A program made the translations under genes and the position numbers. Shown piece after piece: positions 51,001 through 64,000 of a stretch of 64,000 bases of DNA. Position 1 is the first letter of the stretch, and every line of letters begins with the position of its first letter. The stretch comes from Mobula hypostoma (lineage: Eukaryota), in NCBI RefSeq assembly GCF_963921235.1, contig NC_086097.1, positions 174,594,001 to 174,658,000 of the forward strand. Reading direction: 5' to 3'. Below the pieces are notes generated by a model. It saw nothing but the letters and a program-made list of their open reading frames with translations, had not been told where the DNA came from and made no database searches.

Positions 51001-52200
51001 ACCCCATTCTCAGCACCGCCACTCTGGTTCCCATGCCCTGCCAGATTAGTTTAGACCCTTCCCAACAGCTCTAGCAAACCTGCTTGCAAGGATATTGGTC
51101 CCGCTTGGGTTCAGGCGTAACCCGTCCCCTTTGTACAGGTCATACCTTCCCCAGAAGAGATCCCATTGATCCACGAACCCTACCACCTGCACCAGTTCCT
51201 CAGCCAAGCATTCACCTGCCAAATTATCCTATTCTTACCTTCTCTGGCATGTGGCACAGGCAGCAATTCAGAGATTACGACCGTGGAAGTCCTGTTTTTC
51301 AGCTTTTTACTTAGCTCCCTAAAATTTCCCTTCAGGACTTCCTCACCTTGTCTACCTATGTCATTGATGCCAATACGTACCAGGACTTCTGGCAACTCCT
51401 CCTCCCGTTTTAGAATGCTGTGGGCCCGATCCGAGACATCCCTGACCATAACACCGAGGAGGCAACGTACCATCCGGGTATACTTTATACTTCATACTGG
51501 ATATCTGTATCACACCCACAGAATCTGTTCTCTATTCCTCTGACTGTGGAATCTCATATCACCAATGCAGTCCTCTTCACCTCTGTTCTCTTCTAAGCCA
51601 TAACACTAGAGTCGGTGCCAGAGACCCATTCACTGTGGCTCCCCCTCAACAGTGTCCAACGTACTATACTTATTATTGAGGGGTATGAACTTGGGGATAT
51701 TCTGCACTGGCTGCCCAATTTCTTTCCCTCTCCTGACTGTTACCCTGTTACCTACCTCCTGTGACCTAGAGGTGACTACCTCCCCATAGCTCTTATCTAT
51801 CACTTCCTCAGTCTCCTGTATGAGGCAAAGGTTATTGAGCTGCAGCTCCAGTTTCTTAATGCATTCTCAGAGGAGCTGCAGCTCGGTGCACCTAGTACAA
51901 ATGTGGTTATCTGGGAGGCTGGAGGTCTCCCAGAATTCCCACATCTCACACACACACACAACAAGACACAGCCCCTGGAGCTGTTCTCACTGCACTAACT
52001 GTACCTTAACAGACAAGGAATGAAAAAAAAAAAAGAAGAAAAGGAAACTTACCAGATATCTACCTCACTCAAGTCTGATCTTGCCGAAGCCTGATGAGTC
52101 AAGGCCTCTCTAACACTGGACCACTCACACAATGGCTGCTCCGCTTGCGCCTGCCTTATTTTAATCGCCCTTTCTAATGAATCCTGCTCAGTATTTGGCT
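48045..52200 (-). mobile_element. near full-length decayed CR1 LINE
   Basis: 3' tail ~48050; WLPVTSGAPQG, KFVDNTK, PEDWKIANITPLFK, ESLWIELRN, VRIGINDIG esterase, CEMWE zinc finger. Confidence 0.9.
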
Positions 52201-52289
52201 GCAGTCCAACTCTGAGAACTGTCTTGAGACGCTGCCTTTTTTCAGCTTCACTGGACAAGTGCATGACCATGCTGCACTGTAGGCACCAG

Positions 52290-54010
52290 ATAATGTCTCA
52301 CTGGCTGAGCACTGCCATGACATTTTTCCTGAGTAGTAACACCACTCCCCCTCCTTTAATCCCTCCCACTCTGTTGTGTCTAAGAGAACAGCATCCCCCA
52401 GAATATTGAGCTGCCAGTCCTGCCCCTTCTGCAACCAAGTCACACTAATGGCTACAACATCATAATTCCATGTGTCCTAAACTCATGTGCCTTTCCTACA
52501 ACACTTCTTGCATTGAAATATCAATAGCTCGGGACATTAGTTGCACCATGCTCAACTTTTTGAATCCTGACTTTGTCTGTGGTCCTAACAACATCTGTCT
52601 CCACAATCTTTCCACTGTCTGTTCTGGCAGTCTGGTTCCCATTCCCATTAAACTCTTGTTTAAACCCTCCCAATGCAGCACTAATAAACCTTCCTGCTAG
52701 GATATTAGTCCCCATTCAGTTCGGTGCAAATTGTCTCTTCTATACAGGTCCCATCTTCCATGGACGAGAGCTCACTGATCCGAAAATCTGTTGCCCTCCA
52801 TCCGACACCAACACCTCAGTCACATGTTAAACTGTATAATCCTCCTACTTCTGATCTCACCAGCAGGTGGCATGGGTAACAGTACTGAGACCACAACCCA
52901 GGAGATCCTGTCATTTACTTTCGCACCTAACTCACTTTGCAGAGAGCCTTGTCACTCTTTTGTCACTCTTCCTCCACAGTCATTGGTAACTACATAGACC
53001 ACAACCTCTGGCTGTTCCCTTTTCCACTTAAGTGCGCTGAGGACTTGATGTGTCATGTCCCAGACCCTGGCACCTGAGAAGCAACATATCATCCGGGAAT
53101 CTTGTTCTGGTTCACAGAGCTTCCTTTCTGTTCTCCTAACTAAGGAATCCCCTATCACTACAGCTTGCCTCTTTTTGCCCCTTCTCTTCTGAGTCACAGA
53201 GCCAGAATCAGTGCTAGAGATCTGATCACTGTTACTTTGCTCTGCTAGGTCATCTCCCCTAATAGTATCCAAAGTACTATACCTGTTGTTGAGGGGGATG
53301 GCCACGGGGTGCTCTGTACAGCCTGTTTGATCTCTTTGCCCTTCTTGACTGTCACCCCGTTTCCTGTATCCTGCACCTTGGGTGTAACTACCTCTCTATT
53401 TGTTCTATCTGTCACTCCCTTGGCATCCCAAATAATCTGGAGTTCATCCAGTTCCAGCTCCAACTCCTTCAATGCAGTGTGTTAGAAGCTGCAACTAGCT
53501 GCACTTCTCACAGGTGTGGTCATCAGGGACACTGGAGGTCTTCCCTGTCTTCCTGCATCACACAAGAGGAGCATTCAACTATCCTGCCTGGCATCCCTAC
53601 TGTTCCAACTGAGCAAATATAAAGAAGGAAAAACAATAAATAAATTGTGGGAAAATAAAGAGAGCTTTTTGCTCTTTCACTCACTCAAGCCTGTCCTCAC
53701 TCAAGCCTCGAAGAGCTGAGGCCTCAAAATCCCCACTCTAGCACTGTCCACTACAATGATGCCTGCTCCACTTGCCCCTGCATTATTTTAATTAGGTCTT
53801 GCCAATCAATCCCGATTGCTAATTGGCTGCTGCTCAAAGCACCAAATTGCCCTGAGTCAGTTGCCCTGCCGTATGTACTCATTTGGCAAACTTGAGTGAG
53901 CTATGTCATTTCGTGCTTCAGGTTGCCGATTGGCCACTGTTCAAAGCACCAAACTGCTGCAAGTTGACGCCTCATGCTTCGATCTCTCATTGGTCACTGC
54001 TCAAAATTTC
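52290..54010 (-). mobile_element. CR1 5' portion (ORF1 esterase / Zn finger and start of endonuclease)
   Basis: IPLNNRYSTL, AVVIGDSLVR, CFSGARV, KELELELDEL, TWLQKGQDWQLNI. Confidence 0.82.
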
Positions 54011-54499
54011 TCAAGACTTTTTTTTATTTATAAAACACATACAGTTGGCATACAGGTACAGAAAATAATGAAGACAGCAAATTACTCTTTGGCACTTTAC
54101 CAGGCAGTTAGAATTTGAAAATAGTGAAGTACTGCTATAATTGTACAGGGGCTTGTTGATAATGTACCAGATGTCACAGTGAGTAAAATTATTAAGGCTC
54201 TCCCTTATTAATATAAAGCATTAAATTAATTGGAGATGTGGGACATCGGGGTTTTGTCAAGAAAGTATTTTGGATGAGGACACAGAGAAAAGTCAACAAC
54301 CCACTTTTCCTTCTCATTAATCTTAATCATAACTGCTCAGAGTGTAACCGACTGAATACTGTACAATATGCTGTTCCAGCTAATGCTGTGCAATGATTTC
54401 ATCAGTCATTATATTCATTTTTTTTTAAATGATCAATGCAATAAGAAACTTAAAATGTGAATGTGTAACATGTATGTTAACTCTTCCTTAAATTGAACA

Positions 54500-57400
54500 A
54501 AATATTTTCTCAACAGGTGGCTAACAATATGATTGAGTTCAACTTGAAATTTGATGGGGAGAAAGTAAAGTCTGACATAGCAGTGTTTCTGCGGAATAAA
54601 GGAAATTACAGTGATATGTTAGAGGAGTTAGCCAGAGCAGAAAAGGCGTGAGTTTCTGGGGAAAATGAAGAAGGTAGAAACATGGAAAACCTACAGCACA
54701 ATACAGGCCTTTCGGCCCACAAAGCTGTGCCAAACATGTCCTTACCTTAGAAATTAACTAGGGTTACCCATAGCCCTCTATCTTTCTGAGCTCCATGTAC
54801 CTGTCTTGGAATCTCTTAAAAGACCCTGTCATATCTGCCTCCACCACCGTCGCCAGCAGCCCATTCCATGCGCTCAGCACTCTCTGCGTAAAAAAACTTA
54901 CCCCTGATTTCTCCTCTGTATCTACTTCCAATCACCTTAAAACTGTGCCCTCTTGTGCTAGCCATTCCAGCCCTGGAAAATGCCTTTGACTATCCACACG
55001 ATCAATGCCTCTCATCATCTTATACACCTCTATCAGGTCACCTCTCATCCTCTGTCGCTCCAAGGAAAAAAGGCCGCGTTCACTCAACCTATTCTCATAA
55101 GGCATATTCCCCAATCCAGGCAACATCCTTGTAAATCTCCTCTGCACTTTTTCTATGGTTTCCACATCCTTCCTATAGTGAGGCGACCAGAACTGAGCAC
55201 GGTACTCCAAGTAGGGTCTGACCAGGGTATTATATAGCTGCGACATTACATCTCAGCTCTGAAACTCAATTATACGACTAATGAAGGCCAATGCATCGTA
55301 CACTTTCTTAACCACAGAGTCAACCTGTGCAGCAGCTTTGAGTGTCCTATAGATTTGGACCCCAAGATCCCTCTGATCCTCTATACTGCCAAGAGTCTTA
55401 CCATTAATACTATATTCTGTCATCATATTTGACCTACCAAAATGAACCACCTCACACTTATCTGGGTTGAACTCCATCTGCCACTTCTCAGCCCAGTTTT
55501 GCATCCTATCAATGTCCCGCTGTAACCTCTGACAGCCCTCCACACTATCCACGACACTCCCAACCTTTGTGTCATCAGCAAATTTACTAACCCATCCCTC
55601 CACTTCTTTATGTAGGTCATTTATAGAAATCACAAAGAGCAGGTCACTGAGGCACACCACTGGTGACTGACCTCCATGCCAAATATGACCCGTCTACAAC
55701 CACTCTTTGCCTTCTGTGGGCAAGCCAGTTCTGAATCCACAAACCAATGTCCCCTTGGAAGCCATGCCTCCTTACTTTCTCAATAAGCCTTGCATGGGGT
55801 AACTTGTCAAAAGCCTTGCTGAAATCCATATACACTACATCTACTGTTCTACCTTCATCAATGTGTTTAGTCACATCCTCAAAAAATTCAATCAGGCTCG
55901 TAAGACATGACCTGCCTTTGACAAAGCCATTCTGACTGTTCCTAATCATATTATACCTCTCCAAATGTTCATAAATCCTGCCTCTCAGGATCTTCTCCAT
56001 CAACTTACCAACTACTGAATTAAGACTCACTGGTCTATAATTTCCTGAGCTATCTCTACTCCCTTTCTTGAATAATGGAACAACATCTGCAACCCTCCAA
56101 TCCTCGAATCTCTCCCGTCCCCATTGATGATGCAAAGATCATTGCCAGAGGCTGAGCAATTTTCTCCCTCGCCTCCCACAGTAGCCTGGTGTACATCTCG
56201 TCTGGTCCCGGTGACTTATCCAACTTGATGCTTTCCAAAAACTCCAGCACATTCTCTTTCTTAATATCTACATTTTCAGTCCACTGTAAGTCATCCCTAC
56301 AATTGCCAAGATCCTTTTCAGTAGTGAATACTGAAGCAAAGTATTCATTAAGAACCTCTGCTATCTCCTCTGGTTCCATACACACTTTTCCACTGTCACA
56401 CTTGGTTGGTGCTATTCTCTCACATCTTTTGCTCTTCACATACCTGTAAAATGCCTTGGGGTTTTCCTTAATCCTTTCCGCCAAGGCCTTCTCATGGCCC
56501 TTTCTAGCTCTCCTAATTTCTTTCTTGAGCTCCTTCCTCTGGCCTTATAATCTTCTGGATCTCTATCATTACCTAGTTTTTTGAACCTTTTGTTAGCTCT
56601 TCTTTTCTTCTTGACTAGATTTACAACAGCCTTTGTACACCATGGTTCCTGTACCCTACCATCCTTTCCCTGTTCATTGGAACGTAGCTATGCAGAACTC
56701 CACGCAAATATCCCCTGAACATTTGCCACATTTCTTCCGTACATTTCCCTGAGAACATCTGTTCCCAATTTATGCTTTCAAGTTCCTGCCTGATAGCCTC
56801 ATATTTCCCCTTACTCCAATTAAATGCTTTCCTAACTTGACTGTTCCTATCCCTCTCAATGCTATGGTAAAGGAGATAGAACTGTGATCACTACCTCCAA
56901 ATTGCTCTCCCTCTGAGAGATCTGACACCTGACCAGGTTCATTTCCCAATACCAGATCAAGTACAGCCTCTCCTCTTGTAGGCTTATCTACATATTGTTT
57001 CAGGAAACCCAGTAGAGTTATTGACCCCCTTCCTGTTCCTAACTTCCACCCACAGAGACTCCGTAGACAATCCTTCCATGTCTTCCTCCTTTTCTGCAGC
57101 CGTGACATTATCTCTGATCAACAGTGCTATGCCCTCACCTCGTTTGGCTCCCTCCATGTCCTTTATGAAACATCTAAAGCCTGGCACTTGAAGTAACTAT
57201 TCCTGCCCCTTTGCCATCCAAGGCTCTGTAATGGCCACAACATCATAGCTCCAAGTACTGATCCACGCTCTAAGCTCATCTGCTTTGTTTATAATACTCC
57301 TTGCATTAAAATAGACACATCTCAAACCATCGGTCTGAGCGCGTCCCTTCTCTATCAGCTACCTATCCTCCCTCTTGCACTGTCTCCAAGCTTTCTCTAT

Positions 57401-59505
57401 TTGTGAGCCAAATATTCTCTATTTGTGAGGTCTAGGATAATGTATTCCAAAAACGAAGAAATACTCAATGGCAAACTAGTACAACTGTACTACTGACAAG
57501 GGAACTCAAATCTAGTGTAAAAGCAAAGAAGAGGTCATACAACAAAGCTAAAATTAGCGGGAAGTTAGAGGATTGGGAAGCTTTTAAATACCTACAGAGA
57601 GCAACAGAATCATTAAGAAAGAAAAGATGAAATATGAACGCAAGCTAGCAAACAATATCAAAGTGGATAGTAAAAGCTTTTTCAAGTATATAAAAAATAA
57701 AAGCGAGATAAGAGTGGATACAGGACCACTAGAAAATAAGACAGGAGAAATAATAACAGGAAACAAGGAGATGGCAGATGAACTGAATGAATATTTTGCA
57801 TTAGTCTTCTTTGTGGAATACACTAACGGTGTGCCGGATTCTGAAGAGTGTGAGGGAAGATAAGTGAGTGCAGTTACTAATACAAGGGAGATGGTGCTCA
57901 AAAAGCTCAAAGTCCTAAAGGTGCATAAGTCACCCAGACCAGAAAAACTGCACCCTTGGGTTCTGAAAGAGGTAGCAGTAGAGATTGTGGAGGCATTAGA
58001 AATGATCTTTCAAAACTCATTGGACTCTGGCGTGGCGCCAGAGGACTGGAAAATTGCAAATGTCACTCCACTCTTTAAGAAAGGAGGAAGGCAGCAGAAA
58101 GGAAAATATAGACAGACCAGTTAGCCTGACCTCAGTGGTTGGGAAGATGTTGGAGTCAATTGTTAAGGAAGAGGTTATGGAGTACTTGGTGACACAGGAC
58201 AAGTTAGGACAAAGTCAGCATTGTTTCCTTACCGGAAAATCTTGCCTGACAGATCTGTTGGAATTCTTTGAGGAGATGACAAGTACAATAGATAAAGGGA
58301 TGTAGTGGATGTTGTATACAGTATTTGGACTTCTGAAGGCCTTTGACAAGGTGCCATAGATGAGGCTGCTTACCAAGTTAAGACCCCATGGTATTACAGG
58401 AAAGTTACTGGCACCTTTAGAGCATTGGCTGATTAGTAGGTGGCAGCGAGTGGGGATAAAAAAAAACCTTTTCTGGTTGGCTGCCAGATATTAGTGGTGT
58501 TCCACAGGGGTCAGTGTTGGGACTGCTTCTTTTTTGCTGTATATCAATGATTTAGATGATGGAATAGATTACTTTGTTGCTAAGTTTACAGATGATATGA
58601 AGGTTGGTGGACGGGTATGTAGTGTTGAAGAAACAGGTAGGCTGCAGAAGGACTTGGACAGGTTAGGAGAATGGGCAAGAGAGTGGTAACTTAAATACAA
58701 CATTGGAAAATGCATGGTCATGCACTTTAGTAGTAGAAATAAATGTGCAGACTATTTTCTAAATGGAGAGAAAATCCAAAAATTTGAGATGCAAAGGAAC
58801 TTGGGAGTCCATGTGCCAAACACCCTAAAGGTTAACTTGCGGGTAGAGTCGTTGGTAAGGAAGGCAAATGCAATGTTAGCATTCATTTCAAGAGATCTAG
58901 AATACAAGAGCAGGGATGTAAATCTGGGGCTTTATAAGGCACTGCTGAGGCCTCATCTCTGGTGTTGTGAACAGTTTTGGGCTTAGAAAAGATGTACTGG
59001 CATTGGAGAGGGTTCAGAGGAGGTTCACAAGGAATGAAAGGGTTATCATATGATGAGCGTTTGATGGCTCTGGGTCTGTACTCGCTGGAATTTAAAAGGA
59101 TGAGGGGGGAATCCCATTGAAACCTTTCAAATGTTGAAAGGCCTAGCCAGAGTAGATGTGGAAAGGATGTTTCCCATGGTGAGAGAGTCTTGGACAAGAG
59201 GGCACAGCCTCAGGATAGAGGGACGTCCATTTAATACAGAGCTGTGGAGAAATTTCTTTAGCCTGAAGGTAGTCATTTTGTGGAATTTGTTGCCAGAGGC
59301 AGATGTGGAGGCCAGTTCATTGAGTGTATTTAAAGCAGAGCATGATCGGTTCTGGATTGGACACGGCATCAAAGGTTACAGGAAGAAGGCCAGGTCGTGG
59401 AGCTGAGGAGGGGAAAAAAATGATCAGGCATGATTGAATGGTGGAGCAGATTTAATGGGCCAAATGGCCTAATTCTGCTCCTGTGTCTTTTGGTCCTATG
59501 TTCTT
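54500..59505 (+). mobile_element. CR1 ORF2/3' portion (54500-54672 plus 57430-59505), split by an antisense CR1
   Basis: IEFNLKFDGEK.., YERKLANNIK, PEDWKIANVTPLFKKG, KFTDD, WNLLP; 3' motif GGGCCAAATGGCCTAATTCTGCTCC. Confidence 0.85.
54673..57429 (-). mobile_element. CR1 (same subfamily as 44275-46140), 5'-truncated with internal deletion
   Basis: GNYRPVSLNSVVGK, YMDFSKAFDK, SGVPQ, KFADDTK, LVRPYLEY; (TTTCTA/TTTCCA) tail. Confidence 0.92.
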
Positions 59506-60382
59506 AATATGATCAGTTCAATCTATTTGTAATGAAAACAGATCCTTAACATGAAATTGATACTCAGCACCTCAGGCAGGTTCTCTTTTCATTTCTGGTT
59601 TTCAACAAATCAGTTTTTTTTTGCTTTTAAGACCCATTTTAGGGCTAAGGCATGGCGAACAAAAATTATAATTATATCTGAAATACACCTGTTTAAAAAT
59701 GTCAAATATATAGAGTGGCATTGTTTAGTCATATTTTTATCTATGGTTACACCTTGCATTTTTATTTTATGTTTTATTACTTAATTGATCTTTCTTGCAA
59801 GAGTTAATCTGGTATTTAATAACAGACTGTCTCAACACAAAATAATTTATTATAAATGTTCATTATTCAGCCAAATACAACAAGGAGCAATGAAAACCTG
59901 AAATATAGAAAAATACTGCCAATGGTCAGCATAATGGCAGCATCTATGAAGAGATAAACATTCAGTATTTCAAACCTGTGACTTTAGTATTTTTTAGTTT
60001 TCTCTTAGGAGGTGTAGATGTAGCTGGCAAGGCATTGAGCTGTTGTCCTAAACCACTAATATGTGTGGCAACTGTATTCGCACAGTAAGGAGTTCCAGAA
60101 TTTTAACCTTTGATGATGATAATAAGGCTGACAAAGGGTTATCAACCTGTGTCTCTCTGCAAATGCTGCTTGGCCTCCTGACTGTTTCAAGCATTTTCTT
60201 TTTAATGATGCTTTTGAATTCCCTGTATGTCTATTAAAAATAGATCTTCAGCTTTCCCATTTCTGACCTCTTTCAAACAGAACTCATTTGAAATACAGGA
60301 CGTATGATATATATCAGCAGTCTTTTCAATAATTCATTGTTCAACTAACTTTATCCCATTTTGACTATATTTATTAACTTGC

Positions 60383-60866
60383 TGTTGTGGGAAATGAGGT
60401 TTGCGGGTTCGGTGAGTGGTGACAGAAGAGACTCACAACCAGTCAGTAGATTAACTATTTATTTACAAGACAAAACAAATACTAAACATTCAGTAAACCC
60501 TTCAAGCTAAACTTGGTTACAAATACTTATCTAAACTGGGTGTCCGAAATAGCAAGACAAAACAGACACTGAACATATTATACACACAGTGGCAAATACT
60601 TATCTAAAGTGTGTGCGCTGTAGCACACCCCCTCTGTGTACCATTTCCGTGACACCCTCGTTCATCTACCTGGTCCATGGTGACCCGAGAGGAAAAGAGA
60701 TTACCTGGTTACCATGAGCTAGATTTAAACCCCACCGCAACATGATGTCATCAGCTAAATGGAAGCTAGTGGGAGGGACTGCAATGCTCCTTACATGAGC
60801 CAGTCCCTGCCTCCCGTAGAGGTGTAGCTTTCAATAAGCAAGTAAGTTAAGGGACTTCCTGCGACA
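60383..60866 (-). mobile_element. retroviral-type 3' LTR (~484 bp)
   Basis: TG...CA ends with imperfect terminal IR TGTTGTGGGAA / TTCCTGCGACA; minus-strand AATAAA at 60458-60463; purine-rich TTTTGAGGAGCAGAA immediately upstream on the minus strand. Confidence 0.65.
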
Positions 60867-60881
60867 TTCTGCTCCTCAAAA

Positions 60882-61183
60882 GCCATGATACTGTGATACT
60901 TGGCCTGCAGGCTAGTATAACCCGTACGGACACCCCATTATACAATACATAATACAATAATACCTACCCAGATTTGTCAACCCACCAGTTACTACCCAGT
61001 GTGTTACAGCGACCCACCAGCTTCTCAGCGACCTTAAAGACCACCAACTCCACCTCTCCTCCCAGGGTATAATAGTTATGGAGCTGGCTCCCTACTTTCC
61101 TGATCTTATTTGCTAACTGCTGTATATGATCAGACCAGGTGAATAATGTTCCCCGACTCTTCAGGGATAAAGATGAAGCATTC
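60882..61183 (-). pseudogene. endogenous retrovirus env transmembrane-subunit remnant
   Basis: ECFIFIPEESGNIIHL / SDHIQQLANKIRKVG / WSWWSLRSLRSWW / VGIIVLCIV across frameshifts, resembling the end of the CX6CC motif, HR2, MPER and TM anchor. Confidence 0.6.
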
Positions 61184-61300
61184 CTGCCATCAGGAAGAAG
61201 GTACAGGAGCCTCAGTACTCACACCATTCAGTTCAGGAACAGCTGTTACTCCTCAACTGTCAGACTCTTGAATCAGTGGGGATAACTTCACTTCTGACCA
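61180..61300 (+). mobile_element. Rex1/Babar fragment
   Basis: LPSGRRYRSLSTHTIQFRNSCY. Confidence 0.7.
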
Positions 61301-62659
61301 ATCACAGCACAAGTGCCACCTTTCTCCGCATGTCATTAGTATCAGTTCCCAGAACAATCTGGCTGTATCATACAGGGGAAAGGCTGTCATCCAGAAAATT
61401 TTTGCTCTGTAGTACGCCTCTTGTGTTGACCTTCATGCGCAGGGTGCACATCCAGGCTATGAACGCAGAGTATGTATGGTACCACATATCCCAGACAGCA
61501 GCAGCTGTACCATCTTGCAAGAAGTCATGGGTAGGCCTGGGTGCTGCATATCCAGTAAGTAAAGTTTAGCATGCATGGACTGCCCATCTTCTTGGAACCA
61601 TTTGGTGTTGACACAGTCGTCCCAGGATAGCCCTTCCTTACACATTCACTTGTGCCCCACTGACTGGTTGGACTTGTGCCCATCGTACCACTAGCACCAA
61701 CACTCCTTCCCCTTCCCTGTTGGCAGAAGGATTACTCTCTGAGTCAGGACCTTGGGATTAGACAAATTGTGCACTGGGAAGTAAAACACTTACTCCATTG
61801 GAGGTCACTGATATTTTTGTTGGAAACTGATTGTAACAAAGTATTTCCATATTATTCTGTGTTGTAACTAAATGCAGCTACTTCACTTCTGTTGTCGAAC
61901 CCCCTCTAAATAAACCCCAGCCAAATGTTTTACTGCTAACTAAAGCCAGTCTTTGGGGGTAAAACTCTGGACAATTCTTTTTAATATGTGAATGTTTTGA
62001 AAGAAATGTTTGAATATCAAACTGGCTTTCTTGGTGTCTGGTTCGGAGGTACAAATGAGTAACCAAAAGAATGCCTGCTGTGCATGTACAAATTGTGCCA
62101 TCCTGGTCAATGCATTAGCATGCATGCAGCTGACATCTGTTGAAAGTATGCAGAACAGGCAGATTATGATGTCAATCAGCTTGCAGTGCAGAAATGAAGC
62201 CATTCTGGAGCTGAATCCATTAGCCAACTCCTTTCCTTAACTTCACATATGAGATCTAAATTCAAATGCTCCTGATAACCGTCCGAACACTCTTTTCTTA
62301 ATGTATAACTGATAAAGCTATTTGTACGGAGTGGAATTTCATGCTCATTAATTGACCATTCAGAAGTTTTATTTTAGCTTCTGCCATTTATTAATGATCT
62401 GAATAATCTGCAGAAACTGATGTACAAGTTGGCAGCTGGCTGGGGTACAGAAGCAATTTTGCTTATTTCTATATTTACAGGCTCATGATACTACCATCTC
62501 TTTTCAAGTATACATTTGAACTGTGTTTTCAAGGATTATAATTAATCACAGCATTCATTTCAAATAGTGAACAAAGGAATTCACTGACCTTGTGGATTTC
62601 ATCACTGGAATTTAGTGGCACTAAAAATAATCTTTTGTATTCTGAAGAACACATTGATG

Positions 62660-63192
62660 CAATCACGAAGAGCACATGCTACCAGCTATACCTCATTAGA
62701 AATTTGAGGAGATTTGGTATGTTACCAAAGACTAGCAAATTTGTATAGATGTACAATGTAGAGCATTCTGACTGGTTGTATCACAGCCTGGAATGGAGGC
62801 TCCAATGTGCAGGATGGAAAGAGGCTGCAGAGGGTGAGGGTGGCAGACTCAGCCTGTTCCATCACGAGCACCATCAGACGGTAGTGATTCAAGAAGGCAT
62901 CCCTGAGAACCCTCATCATCCGGGACATGCACTATATTCATTGCTGCTTTGGAGAAGAGTACAGGAGTCCAAAGATACGCACTAAACATTTTAGGAACAG
63001 TTTCTTTCCTTCCACCATTAGATTTCGGAATAGTCCATGGACCTATAAACACTACCTCACTATTCCTTTATTGCACCATTTATTTATTTACTATGATTTA
63101 TTGTAAATTTTATGTCTTGCACTGTAGTACTACCACAACCATCAAATTTCATGACCTATGTCAGTGATAATAAACCTGATTCTGATTCTATG
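62660..63192 (+). mobile_element. Rex1/Babar 3' portion
   Basis: YRCTM*SILTGCITAW, PHHPGHAL; AATAAACCTGATTCTGATTCT tail. Confidence 0.8.
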
Positions 63193-63607
63193 TGAACATT
63201 AACAGCAAATCAGAATCTCTATTCCAAAAAAAAAGGCACATTTCATTAAGATTTAACTTTAGCAGAAACCAAAGTAAGAGGAAGCTGTTCTTTAGTCTGT
63301 GTTGCACCCGTCTTTCTGTTCTATGTCACGGTCCTTTAAGTACTTTGGTGCAGCATACATTAGTGTGATTGGAACAATTGTACGGTCTGTGTCTTTTGAA
63401 ATAGCTACAGGGGAGGCAGATCAGGGAATAAAATGTTCTCCAGCTGTGTTCATTAAAATCTCATCAAATCACTCCAGTCACACCATTTCAATGAAATGTA
63501 CAGTTAGCTTTGAAATATTGATCACTGCCTGGTATAAGCTTTTTTTTTATGCATTGTATCGAAAGCAGACACATTGTGTGCAGATGAGAGAAGAACATTG
63601 ACACTTC

Positions 63608-64000
63608 ATAAAAGGTAGAACAGTACAATACAGTACAGGTCCTTTGGTTCATGATGTTGTGCCAGCTTTTTAACCTACTCCAAGATCAATCTAATGCTTC
63701 CTTCCCACATAGGCCTACATTTTTCTTTCATCCATATAACTATTTCTTAAATATCCCTTCACCTATCACCTTATAGCTGGTTCTCATTCCCCTTCCCCAC
63801 CATTTTATTCTGGCATCTTCTCCTTTCCTTTCCCGTCCTCAAGAAGAGTCTCGGCCTAAAACAGCGACTGTTTATTCACTTTCATAGATGCCGCATAATC
63901 TGCTGAGTTCCCCAACATTTTGTGTGTATGTGCCTAATGTATCTGACTCGGCCATCACTCCTGGCAGTGTAAAAAATTTACATCTGACATCCCCTCTATA
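63608..64000 (-). mobile_element. CR1 3' end interrupted by a + strand Penelope pLTR fragment (~63756-63930)
   Basis: TAGAACAGTACAATACAGTACAGG CR1 tail; GTCCTCAAGAAGAGTCTCGGCCTAAAACAGCGACTG decayed hammerhead. Confidence 0.7.

Larger units (their letters stand above)
1433..64000 (+). other. STK3: STK3 last intron (continues beyond the window)
   Basis: GT donor at 1433; no exon encoding LKNLSLEELQMRLKALDPMMERE-like sequence seen downstream by eye. Confidence 0.75.

Noticed and set aside
61310..61850. possible Tx1/L1 ORF2 C-terminal remnant (WNHLVL, KDYSL)
   Set aside because: Similarity too weak to support without a search
1..64000. CRISPR array, operon or other prokaryotic system; domesticated transposase gene
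   Set aside because: Eukaryotic intron with no regularly spaced repeats; all transposase remnants are truncated within TIR-bounded elements; remaining short ORFs are antisense shadows of retroelements or chance

Overview
Vertebrate genomic DNA, most likely from a cartilaginous fish (inferred from HE1/V-SINE-type, Deu-SINE-type and shark-type LINE families; not proven). The only host coding sequence I can support is a 176-bp internal exon of STK3/MST2 (1257-1432, + strand). It is the penultimate coding exon and ends ...WKVPQDGDFDF. I did not find the SARAH-domain last exon, so the remaining ~62.5 kb appears to be one very large, transposon-dense intron. Resolved elements include: (1) a three-level nest with target-site duplications (TSDs), CR1 <- Neptune-type Penelope element <- full-length L1 with intact ORF1; (2) a Tigger <- hAT-Charlie <- CR1 nest; (3) a hAT <- hAT nest; (4) a ~15-kb CR1 pile-up; (5) many Rex1/Babar fragments and several SINEs; (6) a remnant endogenous retrovirus (env TM, PPT and 3' LTR). 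The most interesting signals are dispersed minimal hammerhead ribozymes from Penelope pLTRs, including a subfamily with a non-canonical CUGC core and a 175-bp back-to-back double-hammerhead insertion; a pseudoknotted structure in the L1 inter-ORF spacer; a Tigger4/MER2-like chimera resembling mammalian families; and a pre-miRNA-like hairpin in a repeat-poor island. Family names come from motif recognition and memory, not database searches. Boundaries of decayed fragments are approximate.
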